A stretch of 64,000 bases of DNA from Candidatus Krumholzibacteriales bacterium (GCA_046483305.1 JAWODM010000072.1:23104-87103); one strand, 5' to 3'; positions 47,661 to 57,312 are shown, numbered from the stretch's first letter. The notes: generated from the sequence alone by a model not told the origin. A program made the numbers and translations.

Positions 47661-49071
47661 TCCCTCCTTCTAGAATCCCGATCCCTTGTATTATTTTCTC
47701 TTTTAATATTTTTTCCTCGTCATCGCTGACAGTCCTCAGATCTATCAGCACCGAATCTTTTTTGACCCGAACCAGTACCGGCGGAGAAGCCCCGCGGAGC
47801 AGTCTGGAGAGTTTTTCCGCCGTTGCTGACTGTAGGATAATTTCAACAAGGATTGTAGGCAAGGGATTATTGGGAAATGTTCCGCCTCCGATCGCCGAGT
47901 CTCCCTCCACGGTCGAAACAGCAATCGTTCGGGGGAGTTCGTCCCGAAGGCACCGGGCAAAATTCTCCGCTCTCGACCTGACCTGTTCCACGGGGGCGCC
48001 TGCCATCCGGAGTACCGGTATTTTGTCATATTCCCTGAACCAGTAGTGGGTTAAGGTCTTTTCCAGCCCCGCCAGGGTTAATTTCCCCACTCTCAGAACC
48101 CGGGCCAGGTGATTATTCTTCATCCCTGAGATCAATTCAGCATCACCCAGCAGCACTCCTCCCTGGGGGCCTCCCAGCAGTTTGTCCGCGCTGAACGAAA
48201 CGACATTTACCCCGGTTTCCGCTATCTGGCCGATATCCTTCTCGTCATCCTCATCCATACCGCCCATCCGTTGAAAAAGCCCTCCACCCTGATCATACAT
48301 GACCGGGACCCCGCTCTCCCTGCCCAGGGCTACCAGTTCCTGGAGAGAAACGTCGTTGGTATAACCTGAAATCCTGTAATTGCTGCGGTGGACCTTCAAT
48401 ATGAGCTCCGCACCCCCTTCAACCGCCTCCCGGTAATCTCTGAGGTGGGTCCTGTTGGTGGTGCCTATCTCCATTACGCTGCCTGCGGCCTTGGCCAGTA
48501 TTTCCGGAAGCCTGAAACTTCCTCCTATCTCAACCAGTTCTCCGCGGGATACCGCAACCGCCCCCCGGCCAGCCAGAGTCTCCACCGCGAGAAATACAGC
48601 GGCCGCGTTATTGTTTACGATATGCGCGTCCGCAAATCCGGTCATCAGCGATAACAGCCTGGCCGCTCTCGCTTCTCTCTTCGTGCGGGTCATGCTCTCC
48701 AGTTCAACTTCCAGGTCTATATACCCGGCAGCCGACCTGTCAATCTCCTCTCTCACCTCGCGGCCCAGTATCGACCTTCCAAGGTTGGTATGTATTATTA
48801 CTCCCAGAGCGTTAACTGCTCTCCGGGGGCCTCCCCCCGCTATTTCTTCAGCCTCCCTGATCACCTCTTCGACAATGGCCTCCTGGAAGCCTTCCTCGGG
48901 TATACCCCTGTTCATCCCACCGGTTATCCTGCCGCGCCAGTGATCGATTCTTTCCCGGGCGAGGCGTTTGATGCCTGTTCGGGAACCTCTATCAATAAGT
49001 TCCGCTATACGGCTGTCCGACAGGACATTTTCCACCGATGGAAGCTTTCTTAAAAGTGATTTTCTGTTCAT
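47644..49071 (-). CDS. selA: L-seryl-tRNA(Sec) selenium transferase
   Basis: LRKLPSV, VIIHTNLGR, VNNNAAA, SRGELVEIGGSFR, EIGTTNRT, KVHRSNY and FSADKLLGGPQ (PLP lysine) motifs. Confidence 0.95.
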   Translation of the reverse strand: MNRKSLLRKLPSVENVLSDSRIAELIDRGSRTGIKRLARERIDHWRGRITGGMNRGIPEEGFQEAIVEEVIREAEEIAGGGPRRAVNALGVIIHTNLGRSILGREVREEIDRSAAGYIDLEVELESMTRTKREARAARLLSLMTGFADAHIVNNNAAAVFLAVETLAGRGAVAVSRGELVEIGGSFRLPEILAKAAGSVMEIGTTNRTHLRDYREAVEGGAELILKVHRSNYRISGYTNDVSLQELVALGRESGVPVMYDQGGGLFQRMGGMDEDDEKDIGQIAETGVNVVSFSADKLLGGPQGGVLLGDAELISGMKNNHLARVLRVGKLTLAGLEKTLTHYWFREYDKIPVLRMAGAPVEQVRSRAENFARCLRDELPRTIAVSTVEGDSAIGGGTFPNNPLPTILVEIILQSATAEKLSRLLRGASPPVLVRVKKDSVLIDLRTVSDDEEKILKEKIIQGIGILEGGSDSDA

Positions 49072-49295
49072 GATTTCCGGAAACCTCTTAATATCTTAAA
49101 TTTGCCAATTACTACCATATATTGTGGTGATAGTCAATATTTTTAACAATATATTGTTTCGATCTCTTATGCAATTAGTTAACTGGATTATTGCAATTAT
49201 TTATAATCCGTTATATTGTAAATATATAATAGTTAATAATCAGAGCCCGCGCAGGCGCTGCATACGCTGTTTTTACCCTTTAGCTGGAGGGTTTC
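49072..49295. promoter_or_regulatory. AT-rich divergent promoter region between selA and the amidase
   Basis: Plus strand TTGCAA(49191)-17-TATTGT; minus strand TTGACT-17-TAGTAA; very AT-rich compared with the flanking CDS. Confidence 0.55.
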
Positions 49296-51626
49296 ATGCG
49301 AACACAAGGAAACCGGTTGACTGTTCTGATCCGGGTGATCTTATCAATTCTGGTTATTCTGGCAATATCCGGATGCGCTTCAAAGCCGGCCTACTGGAAA
49401 CTCTACTCCTCCATGGAGGAAGAACTTATTCCATACAGGGGGGTTCTGCGGGGCCGCTCCATAGTTATAGATCCTGGCCACGGGGGAAAGTTCAGGGGAG
49501 TTGTGGGAACCGGATCGGTTTCGGAGGCGGATGTGAATCTGGGGGTGGCGCTCTATCTCTGGGGGATGCTGGAGAATGCGGGAGCTGAAGTTTACCTGAC
49601 CAGGACCATAGACAGGGATTTCCTGACGCCGGGTTCAGACGAATTGAGTCTGGATCTTGAGAACAGAATGATCAAAGCCAATTCATTCGAAGCGGACGTT
49701 TTTATTTCGATACACCACAATTCCTCACTTCCGCTGAAAAGGGACAGGAACAGAATAGAAGTTTACTATCGCAACAATGACTTTGGAGGATCAGCTGAAC
49801 TGGCGAGAATAACCCGGCTTCATCTGGACAGAAATCTGGGCATGGATAAATCCGTAGTGAAACCCGGCAATTACTTCGTGCTGAGGAATTCGAACGCGGG
49901 AGCCGCAATCCTGGGAGAAGCGAGTTACCTCTCTCACCCGGTAGTGGAGGACAGCCTGAAACTCGCCAGCAAACAGAAGCTGGAAGCTCAGGCCTATTTC
50001 ATAGCCCTTCAGAACTATTTTTCCAGGGGCGTCCCCTCCGTCAGGCTGGTTTCACCCGAGGCGGACACTCTGGGCTATTCGCCATCGATCGTATACCGTG
50101 TTGATAACACAACGGGCATAGAACCCTCATCCGCCAGAATCTATATTAACGGAAGAGAGTATATCCCCTCCCTGGAGGAGGTATCGGGAACTATCTATTT
50201 CGGGGCCGGGGCCGACACGCCAAATGGCGAGTATACCGTCAGTTCCAGGATAAGAAGCGTGGGAGGAGCAACCGGCTCCAGCCGCCCCTTCCGGTTTGTG
50301 ATTAACCGCCCCCCCGAGTATTTCCTTCCCCTGCCGCCGGAAGCGGAACCCGGCAGCGGGTTTACTCTCTCCGCCAGAATTCTCGACAGTTTCGGAAACC
50401 CGGTTATTGACCGCTCTCCGGTAATTATCACCTCCCCTGGAACGGAAAAGGAAATATACCGCGAATCGTCGGGCGGGGTATGTTCATTCCGGGTGGGAAA
50501 AGATGCCCTTCCGGGAACTTTCACCCTTTCTTCCTGGGGAGTTACAGATACACTCTACTTCGAGAAACCTGACGAACCGGGTAACAGAATAATACAGCTG
50601 ACTGATTCCCGCACCGGGGATCCGGTCCGCTTCCCACTGATCGCGGCAGCCGGAGATGGAACCCTGCTGGAGGGGGATTCAAACGGAAGAGTCAGGCTTC
50701 CGTCACCTCTGCCAGAGCAGGGGATGATTATATTCAGCGGAGGTTATAAACCTGAGAGAATAGACAGTTCATTCTTCCAGGGGGAAAAGCTTCCCTCCAG
50801 GATAGCCCTGGAGCCGCTGAGCAGAGGGGACCTCGCCGGAAAGAGAATTGCGCTCAACCCTGCGTGCGGCGGAGACCACCATGGCACCACCGGCAGAAAT
50901 AAAATACGGGAAAGCACGGTTAACGGGGCAATCGCCGAATCGGTCCGCGACCTTCTCCGGGCATGCGGCGCGGATGTAATCATGACCAGGAAGGGAGAAG
51001 AAACGGTCTCGGCTGAGGAGAGATTGGCCACAGTAAACAGATTCCGGCCCGATCTGGCCGTTTCCATTAATCATGATATGGATACGGCGGAAGCCGCGGA
51101 AAAATACGTAATCAACCACTACCCCGGCAGCCGCCAGGGAGAAAGGATTTCGAATATTATTCTCGAGTTGCTGGCCCCCCTCTTCCCGGAGGGAAAAATG
51201 GAAATACGCGAATCGGCAGGATTATTTCTTACACATACTGCCTGCCCCGCAACCGAAATTCACCTGGGCTCCCTCTCAGAAAAGGGTGCGGAAGAGGTAA
51301 TGGACAGCCCCGGGTATAGATACTATATCAGCGAACGGATCTTCTCGGCGGTATCAGAATTCTTCGGCGGCGGCCAGAGCGTCTGCATCAATCCCCTTAC
51401 CGTGAAAGTTCTTTCGGGCGGAGCCCCCCTGGAGGGTTGTTATGTTACCATAGACAACCTTCTGACTCTTCCCGCCGGAAAATCGGGCAGCGCCGGATTC
51501 AGCGATGTTGATCCAGGAGAGCATCTGATCGTGGTACAGAAGGATGGAGAAACCATTTACAGAAGTATTCACAGCAGACCGGAAGGTCAGGCCGCCGCAG
51601 TTATTGAAATCGAAATCGGTGAATAA
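49296..51626 (+). CDS. Lipoprotein N-acetylmuramoyl-L-alanine amidase with two Amidase_3 domains (second one divergent)
   Basis: Lipobox ISGC. Domain 1: IDPGHGG, EADVNL, LTR, FISIHHN, LGEASY. Domain 2: LNPACGG, ESTVN, MTR, VSINHD. Confidence 0.85.
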   Translation: MRTQGNRLTVLIRVILSILVILAISGCASKPAYWKLYSSMEEELIPYRGVLRGRSIVIDPGHGGKFRGVVGTGSVSEADVNLGVALYLWGMLENAGAEVYLTRTIDRDFLTPGSDELSLDLENRMIKANSFEADVFISIHHNSSLPLKRDRNRIEVYYRNNDFGGSAELARITRLHLDRNLGMDKSVVKPGNYFVLRNSNAGAAILGEASYLSHPVVEDSLKLASKQKLEAQAYFIALQNYFSRGVPSVRLVSPEADTLGYSPSIVYRVDNTTGIEPSSARIYINGREYIPSLEEVSGTIYFGAGADTPNGEYTVSSRIRSVGGATGSSRPFRFVINRPPEYFLPLPPEAEPGSGFTLSARILDSFGNPVIDRSPVIITSPGTEKEIYRESSGGVCSFRVGKDALPGTFTLSSWGVTDTLYFEKPDEPGNRIIQLTDSRTGDPVRFPLIAAAGDGTLLEGDSNGRVRLPSPLPEQGMIIFSGGYKPERIDSSFFQGEKLPSRIALEPLSRGDLAGKRIALNPACGGDHHGTTGRNKIRESTVNGAIAESVRDLLRACGADVIMTRKGEETVSAEERLATVNRFRPDLAVSINHDMDTAEAAEKYVINHYPGSRQGERISNIILELLAPLFPEGKMEIRESAGLFLTHTACPATEIHLGSLSEKGAEEVMDSPGYRYYISERIFSAVSEFFGGGQSVCINPLTVKVLSGGAPLEGCYVTIDNLLTLPAGKSGSAGFSDVDPGEHLIVVQKDGETIYRSIHSRPEGQAAAVIEIEIGE

Positions 51627-51662
51627 GACGGTCCGCCAATAGCTCTTCAGGCTGGTTTAAAG

Positions 51663-52331
51663 ATGCGCAGAATGCGAAATCAGAACTACCGGAAAAGCAG
51701 ATATCTTCTTGTTTATCTTCCCGCGGCCATACTGGCGATAATAATCATTCTTGTTATCCTGGAAAAGTCTCGAATCATAGAGAAGAAATTTATTGGATAC
51801 GAGGGAGAACAGGCCATAACTCCCCGGGTGGAGATAGTTACCCCCGAAACCGGCCGGGAAGACCGGTTTAACCGCCGTCATAACCCCATAAAATTGACTG
51901 AAACAGAAAAGAGGAGGCCTGAGGGGGAGGAGGACGAAAATCCCAGAAAAAAAGAGAAAGAAATAGAAATCCCGGATGAGATAGAGGTGGAACCTGACAA
52001 ATATTACAGGTCCTATCCCTCCCACACCAGAACCCCATATTCGGAAGATTACGTTATCCTGAAGATGGTTAAACCGGAATATCCCCGGGACGCAATGGAG
52101 AAAGGTATCGAAGGTTACGTAATAATAGAGGTTCTTATAGGAGAAGACGGCAGAGTAAAGGAAGCATGGACCCGCAGGGTTTACGGAATGGAAAGCTTCA
52201 GAAAAGCTTCCATGGAAGCAATCGAGAAATTCGTGTTCCGTCCCAAACTGAAAGACGGCAAACCCCAGCCTTTCTGGATAAGTTTTATTTTCAAATTTAC
52301 CTTCTTCGGGGACCGGGGAACTTATAGGTAA
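51663..52331 (+). CDS. Energy transducer TonB-family protein
   Basis: N-terminal TM, charged linker, and TonB_C pattern PEYPRDAMEKGIEGYV...IGEDGRV...FRPKLKDGKP. Confidence 0.85.
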   Translation: MRRMRNQNYRKSRYLLVYLPAAILAIIIILVILEKSRIIEKKFIGYEGEQAITPRVEIVTPETGREDRFNRRHNPIKLTETEKRRPEGEEDENPRKKEKEIEIPDEIEVEPDKYYRSYPSHTRTPYSEDYVILKMVKPEYPRDAMEKGIEGYVIIEVLIGEDGRVKEAWTRRVYGMESFRKASMEAIEKFVFRPKLKDGKPQPFWISFIFKFTFFGDRGTYR

Positions 52332-53973
52332 TAAATTCCTCCTTCCTGCCATCCCTGATTATGTTAATCATTATCCCGTCTCCTGCAGCCGCTCTTACGA
52401 AGGGATGAACCCTGTTTTTAAGTGCCCGGTGCATTCTATCCCTGATAGTCGTTCCCTCTCCACCTGCCTGTATTACATTTATGATCTCTCTCATCCCCAC
52501 GTAACCCCTTACTTCGAAATGATTGACATTCTCAACCGGCTCGCCTACGAAAGCGGCGGCGGAGAGATAGAGAGCGCGGTCATTTTCCTCCCTGGTTTGG
52601 GCCGGAAATACTGCTCCCGACATATCCCTGCCGCTCATGTATATCAGGTCGCTCGAATCCCACATGCTCAGCCCCAGAAGCTGGACACCGAATTCGTAAA
52701 AAGAAAGCTGAGGCATAATCAGGACCAGGTCATTCTCATCCGAAGGGATGAACAGAGCCTCCGGGGCGGCTTTTCTTATCCTGTCGATATTATCCTTGAA
52801 ATCAGTGCTTCCCTCCATATAGTAATCCGCCGCGCAGAGCAGCCCGCCCTCTCTCTCCACTTCTCTTCTGAACAGAAGCTCCAGTTCTCTGTTAAAGGGC
52901 GAATCCGGCGCAAGGAAAGCTATTCTCCTGATGCCCAGATTCCTTACGGCCACCCGGGCCATCGCTATGACTTCCAGCTCATAATCAACAGTATTCTGGA
53001 ATACATAATCGCCAATCTGCTCTATCCCCTCAAGATTGGATGCCGGAGAAAATATTACGGTGCGGTTCGCCTGAGCAACCTGCGCCGCCGCCACAGTCGA
53101 GGAATTGGAGATCCCTCCCAGTATAATATCCACCTTCTCTTCTCTGATCAGCCTGCCGGTTACTACCTGCGCTTCCAGAGCGCTGGCCCTGGTGTTTCCA
53201 ATTATCATCTCGATATTTGAGATCCCGTTTTTCCGCCCTTCCCTGAGGGCGACGTACGCACCCCTGGCGAAAGATTCTCCCAGGGCTGCATATTTCCCGC
53301 TGAGAGGGCCTATTATTCCAATCCTTAAGGAAGAATCTCCGGGCATAACCGACAGTGAATCACTGGTGTAATCTTCCTCCAGCAGTTTGCCTATCAGATC
53401 CCTGTCTTCAGGCACTTCCCTGTAGCGTTCTTCCAGGAGCTGCCTCAGCAGAGGCGACCTGCGGTAACGTCGAGCCAATTCAGCAATTTCATCTCGGGTA
53501 GGATCAAATTCCGCCCGGCTGAGAAGCCTCTCCGCTTCCAGGAGATGCGTCTCACTATCGAATATCGTCGTGGAATAAAGAATATTATCCACCGCTTCCC
53601 TGTCCCGGCCCTCCGAAAGGTTCACCCTGGCCTTGAGGAGATAAGCGCCTGCAGCAATATTTTCAGGATAATCCCCCTCCATAATTTCATCCGCCATGGC
53701 CAACGCACCGGCTGTATCCCCCAGCCGAAATTCCGCTTTCGCCACCAGCATGCGGATATCACCTTCCATGCCGGTGCCGGAAAGACTATCCAGGTAACTG
53801 CGCCCCTTTTCGCTGACCTCCCGGTAATCCTCCCGGGAGTATAGCTGTTCCAGGCCGGAGAGGAGTTCCGCCCTGTCCGGATGACCTGGCTCCTCACTCT
53901 TTTTGCCCGCGGGAATCAGAGATCCGCATGAAACTGAGGCCAACAGGGTGATAACTATAAACAACCTTTTCAT
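52297..53973 (-). CDS. LpoA-like / type I periplasmic binding lipoprotein with N-terminal TPR-like helices
   Basis: Lipobox VSC; RIGIIGPLSGKYAALGE, TDFKDNI and LFIP patterns (Peripla_BP_6/LppC). Confidence 0.75.
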   Translation of the reverse strand: MKRLFIVITLLASVSCGSLIPAGKKSEEPGHPDRAELLSGLEQLYSREDYREVSEKGRSYLDSLSGTGMEGDIRMLVAKAEFRLGDTAGALAMADEIMEGDYPENIAAGAYLLKARVNLSEGRDREAVDNILYSTTIFDSETHLLEAERLLSRAEFDPTRDEIAELARRYRRSPLLRQLLEERYREVPEDRDLIGKLLEEDYTSDSLSVMPGDSSLRIGIIGPLSGKYAALGESFARGAYVALREGRKNGISNIEMIIGNTRASALEAQVVTGRLIREEKVDIILGGISNSSTVAAAQVAQANRTVIFSPASNLEGIEQIGDYVFQNTVDYELEVIAMARVAVRNLGIRRIAFLAPDSPFNRELELLFRREVEREGGLLCAADYYMEGSTDFKDNIDRIRKAAPEALFIPSDENDLVLIMPQLSFYEFGVQLLGLSMWDSSDLIYMSGRDMSGAVFPAQTREENDRALYLSAAAFVGEPVENVNHFEVRGYVGMREIINVIQAGGEGTTIRDRMHRALKNRVHPFVRAAAGDGIMINIIRDGRKEEFITYKFPGPRRR

Positions 53974-53975
53974 TT

Positions 53976-54509
53976 TCAGTCCTTCTCCGCGGAAAAAGTT
54001 TCTTTTCCGAGATAGGCGAGAGCCAGGTTATGATATTCCGCTGCTCTTTCAATCAGAGATTCTTCGGCCTCCTCATCGAGGCTCTTTTTGATCTTTCCGG
54101 GAACTCCCGCCACCAGAGACCTTGCCGGAACCTCGGTGCCGGCAAGCAGAACAGAGTTTGCCGCAATAATACTTCCCTTTCCTATATTTGCCCCGTCCAG
54201 GATTACCGCGCCCATACCTACAAGGCAGTTATCCTGAATGGTGCAGGAGTGCAGCACCGCTCCATGACCCACCGTAACTCTTTCACCGACAATCAGCTCC
54301 GGCCCTCCGGTGGTTACATGGCAAACACAACCGTCCTGTATATTTGAGTAATCCCCTATACTGATTTTCCATACATCGCCGCGGACAGAAGCGCCGTGCC
54401 AGACGCTGGAGCAGTTTCCCAGCGAGACATCGCCTATCACGCTGGCAGTAGGAGCCACGTAAACATCCCTGCCTACTCTTGGAGAAACCTCCTGAAAAGG
54501 TTCAATCAT
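53976..54509 (-). CDS. Gamma carbonic anhydrase family hexapeptide-repeat protein
   Basis: VIGDV, VRGD, SNIQDG..CH and VTVGHGAVLH motifs (three metal-binding His). Confidence 0.92.
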   Translation of the reverse strand: MIEPFQEVSPRVGRDVYVAPTASVIGDVSLGNCSSVWHGASVRGDVWKISIGDYSNIQDGCVCHVTTGGPELIVGERVTVGHGAVLHSCTIQDNCLVGMGAVILDGANIGKGSIIAANSVLLAGTEVPARSLVAGVPGKIKKSLDEEAEESLIERAAEYHNLALAYLGKETFSAEKD

Positions 54510-54523
54510 CCGACTCTCCCTGG

Positions 54524-54997
54524 CTATAGATCAAAATCATCAAATTCATCAGGATCTATATTTCCCAGGCCGTTATCCTTGGGAACAGTCATTTTTCTGG
54601 AGTACCTGGAAAAAAGGTCAGGATCCAGATAAATCGGCGCCTCGCACCTCAGCGCCAGGGCGATGGAATCGCTGGGCCTGGCATCTATATAAAAAATATC
54701 ATCTCCGCGCTTCAGGACCAGCCTCGCAAAATAGGTGTCGTTCTGAATGCCGGTAATCTCCGCCTGCCTGACCTCAGCCTCCAGTATGTCTATGATTATC
54801 TTCATCAGGTCGTGGGTCAGCGGCCTGCTGAATGATTTTCCTGATAATGCCGCAAAGATGGAAGAAGCCTCGGCGGGCCCTATCCATATCGGCAGCACCC
54901 GGTCCTCTTCGCTGTCCGGATACTTCAGCAGGACTACAGGGTGTTCCCTCTCCTTGTCTATAGCCAGCCCGCTTACTATAACTTTTTTCATACCCAT
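54524..54997 (-). CDS. Bifunctional nuclease family protein (DUF151)
   Basis: LPIWIGPAEA, RPLTHDL and DARPSDSIALALR motifs. Confidence 0.92.
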   Translation of the reverse strand: MGMKKVIVSGLAIDKEREHPVVLLKYPDSEEDRVLPIWIGPAEASSIFAALSGKSFSRPLTHDLMKIIIDILEAEVRQAEITGIQNDTYFARLVLKRGDDIFYIDARPSDSIALALRCEAPIYLDPDLFSRYSRKMTVPKDNGLGNIDPDEFDDFDL

Positions 54998-55010
54998 ATC
55001 TATTCTCCGA

Positions 55011-56222
55011 TCACTCTTTCCCCTTCTCTTTTCCCATCTCCTCTTCCATTTCTTCCACTGAATCGTATTTAAAGGCCGATTTCCCGAGATTTTCCTTAAA
55101 CCATTTTGCGGATTCCGCTATTTCGGATTCAGGATATTTTTCCAACAGTTCATTAATGGCCCTTCTCGCAAAACTGAGGTCTCCAATCTCCTCCGCGTAG
55201 GTGAAGGCAACCATGAAAAGAGCCTGGGAAGCCAGTTTATCCTCAGGGTACTTGGAAGCTATTGACCTGTAATAGAATATCTTCTGCTTTGGATCGCTCT
55301 CCTCCTGCGCCAATTCCCAGAATTCCCGGGGAGTTCTTACCTTGGCGAGCAATTTCTTCTTCATGATATTCTGGGCGTCGTACTTTTCGTAGAGTTCGTC
55401 CATTTTCTCCGGGATAAGCTTCTGTATCTTCTCCTGCTTCAGCCTGTTTTTTATTTCCACGGAAACTACATCCAGCGGCTTCAGCTCCGCGTCTTTCTTC
55501 TCATTAAGCTTAACCACCGAGTAGCCCTTCTTATGTGGAATCACATCACTGATCTCTCCCGCTTCGAGCCAGGCGACTCTGTTGCCGAACTCCTCGTCGA
55601 ACCCTATGAACTTTATATAACCGCCGGGATGGAAATATCCCATATTGCCCAAATCGGGAGCGGTGGTTGAATCTTCGCTCTCCTCTTTCGCCAGCTTGTT
55701 GAAAATATATTTGTCGTCGCTGTTCTTAATTCTCTCTATCCATTCCACCGCCTTCAGGCTGTCGGTAGTAAAGAGGTGCTGGGCCCTCAGCGTGGGCTCT
55801 GCCCTGAATTCTACCGGATGGCTCTCATAGTATTCCCTGATCTCCTTGTCGGTTACCTCCACCTGGTCCGCCAGGTAATTATAGTAAGCCCTGATAAGTA
55901 TCATCTCCCTGGAATAATCCAGCTGCTGCTTAACCTGATCCCTGTACTGCAGTTTATTGTCCAGGGCGGCCCTGTAGGCAAGTTTCTCCTCGATTATCTG
56001 ATCTATCAGCTTCGCCCGGCCTACTTCGCCGCTGAACTCCTTCTTCTGCTGCTGGGGAAGAGCCTTGAATCTCCTGTCCACATCCTGTTCAGTTATCTCT
56101 TCTCCCGCAACTCTGGCGGCCAGGCCGGATTCAACGGAAACCTTCCCTTTTTCTTCGCTGCATCCCGCTGCCGCTATTACGGTAAAAACACCAAGTGTGA
56201 AAAGAATAAGTATCTTTTTCAT
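55011..56222 (-). CDS. Parvulin-type peptidylprolyl isomerase lipoprotein with a C-terminal TPR
   Basis: Start moved to ATG 56222 (MKKIL..AAGC lipobox); EIREYY, RAQHL, FNKLAKEESED and GEISDVI patterns; TPR-like YPEDKLASQALF...LLEKYPES. Confidence 0.8.
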   Translation of the reverse strand: MKKILILFTLGVFTVIAAAGCSEEKGKVSVESGLAARVAGEEITEQDVDRRFKALPQQQKKEFSGEVGRAKLIDQIIEEKLAYRAALDNKLQYRDQVKQQLDYSREMILIRAYYNYLADQVEVTDKEIREYYESHPVEFRAEPTLRAQHLFTTDSLKAVEWIERIKNSDDKYIFNKLAKEESEDSTTAPDLGNMGYFHPGGYIKFIGFDEEFGNRVAWLEAGEISDVIPHKKGYSVVKLNEKKDAELKPLDVVSVEIKNRLKQEKIQKLIPEKMDELYEKYDAQNIMKKKLLAKVRTPREFWELAQEESDPKQKIFYYRSIASKYPEDKLASQALFMVAFTYAEEIGDLSFARRAINELLEKYPESEIAESAKWFKENLGKSAFKYDSVEEMEEEMGKEKGKE

Positions 56223-56244
56223 CGCTGAACCTCCTGCATTGACG

Positions 56245-57312
56245 CTACAAAATATCATTGTAACCCTTTTCCTCAATTAAATCTACAATATCCCGGACTT
56301 TCTGGCTCTGGCCCCTCCTGCAAACCAGAACAATACCGTTGCGCGATACTACCATTAAATCCTCTACTCCTATAGCCGCTGTAAAACCTCCCGGATTATA
56401 GAAAACACAACCTTCCGTGTCTATGGTCTCAGATACCCCGATACTGACATTCTCATTTCCACCAGCCCCATGGATATCGTATAACGAATCCCAGCTTCCC
56501 ACATCATTCCATCCCAGGTCCGCGGGAATAACTGCCACATTATCCGCTTTCTCAAGAATGCCGTAGTCCACCGATATGGAAGGCATCCGGGGATACTGCT
56601 CTTCTATTACCTTTTCCATATCCGGTTTTCCCGCAGATTCCGAAATTATTCTCAGCGGGCCCGAGCCGGAGGGCAGATATTCAGACCATCCCTCCATAAA
56701 TACTGATGGGCGCCAGACGAAAATGCCGCTGTTCCAATAGAATCCTCCCCGGTCGAGGTAATTCCGGGCCGTTTCGCGGTCAGGTTTTTCATGAAAACGG
56801 ACTACCTCCAGAACATTCAATTCCCCACCTCCAAGGGGCTCACCGGCCTCGATATATCCGTACCCGGTAGCAGGATACTCCGGCATGATTCCAAAGGTAA
56901 TAAGAAGATCTTCCCTTTCAGCTAATCCGGAAGCGTTCTTCGCCAGGTACCTGAAATTTTCTTTCTTCAGGATAAGATGGTCCGCCGGACATGCCAGCAT
57001 CGGCTCATCATCCGATTTCTCAAGAACCGCCAGCGCTCCCAGTGCCAGAGCCGGAGCTGTATTCCTTCCGGCCGGTTCCGCCACAAAATTCTGTCCGGGG
57101 AGATCAGGAAGCTCTTCCCTGGCCAGCTCCACCTGTTCCTTTACGGTTATAACTATTATCTTTTCCGGGGGGATAAAAGAGGCCAGGCGCTCATAAGTGA
57201 CAGAAAGCATGGACCGGTCGCCTGTAATGGAGAGATACTGCTTCGGTTTTTTCGTGCTGCTGGCGGGCCAGAACCTCCGGCCCCTGCCTCCCGCTAAAAT
57301 AACTGCAAACAC
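56245..57312 (-). CDS. manC: Mannose-1-phosphate guanylyltransferase (no isomerase domain)
   Basis: ILAGGRGRRFWP, PKQ, EPAGRNTAPA, PADH, TGYGYI, FHEKP, WNSG, SVDY and WNDVGSW motifs; GTG start. Confidence 0.93.
   Translation of the reverse strand: MFAVILAGGRGRRFWPASSTKKPKQYLSITGDRSMLSVTYERLASFIPPEKIIVITVKEQVELAREELPDLPGQNFVAEPAGRNTAPALALGALAVLEKSDDEPMLACPADHLILKKENFRYLAKNASGLAEREDLLITFGIMPEYPATGYGYIEAGEPLGGGELNVLEVVRFHEKPDRETARNYLDRGGFYWNSGIFVWRPSVFMEGWSEYLPSGSGPLRIISESAGKPDMEKVIEEQYPRMPSISVDYGILEKADNVAVIPADLGWNDVGSWDSLYDIHGAGGNENVSIGVSETIDTEGCVFYNPGGFTAAIGVEDLMVVSRNGIVLVCRRGQSQKVRDIVDLIEEKGYNDIL

Noticed and set aside
47644..49071. Possible selenocysteine (TGA) read-through genes suggested by selA
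   Set aside because: The TGA-terminated genes here end at expected family C-termini and none is a known selenoprotein family. I saw no tRNA-Sec or convincing SECIS.
49072..49295. AT-rich island as a replication origin or integration scar
   Set aside because: I saw no DnaA-box cluster, integrase or flanking direct repeats. It fits a divergent promoter region.
51657..52352. 231-aa minus-strand ORF opposite the TonB-like gene
   Set aside because: The plus-strand frame has a clear TM + TonB_C architecture, while the minus frame has no motif.
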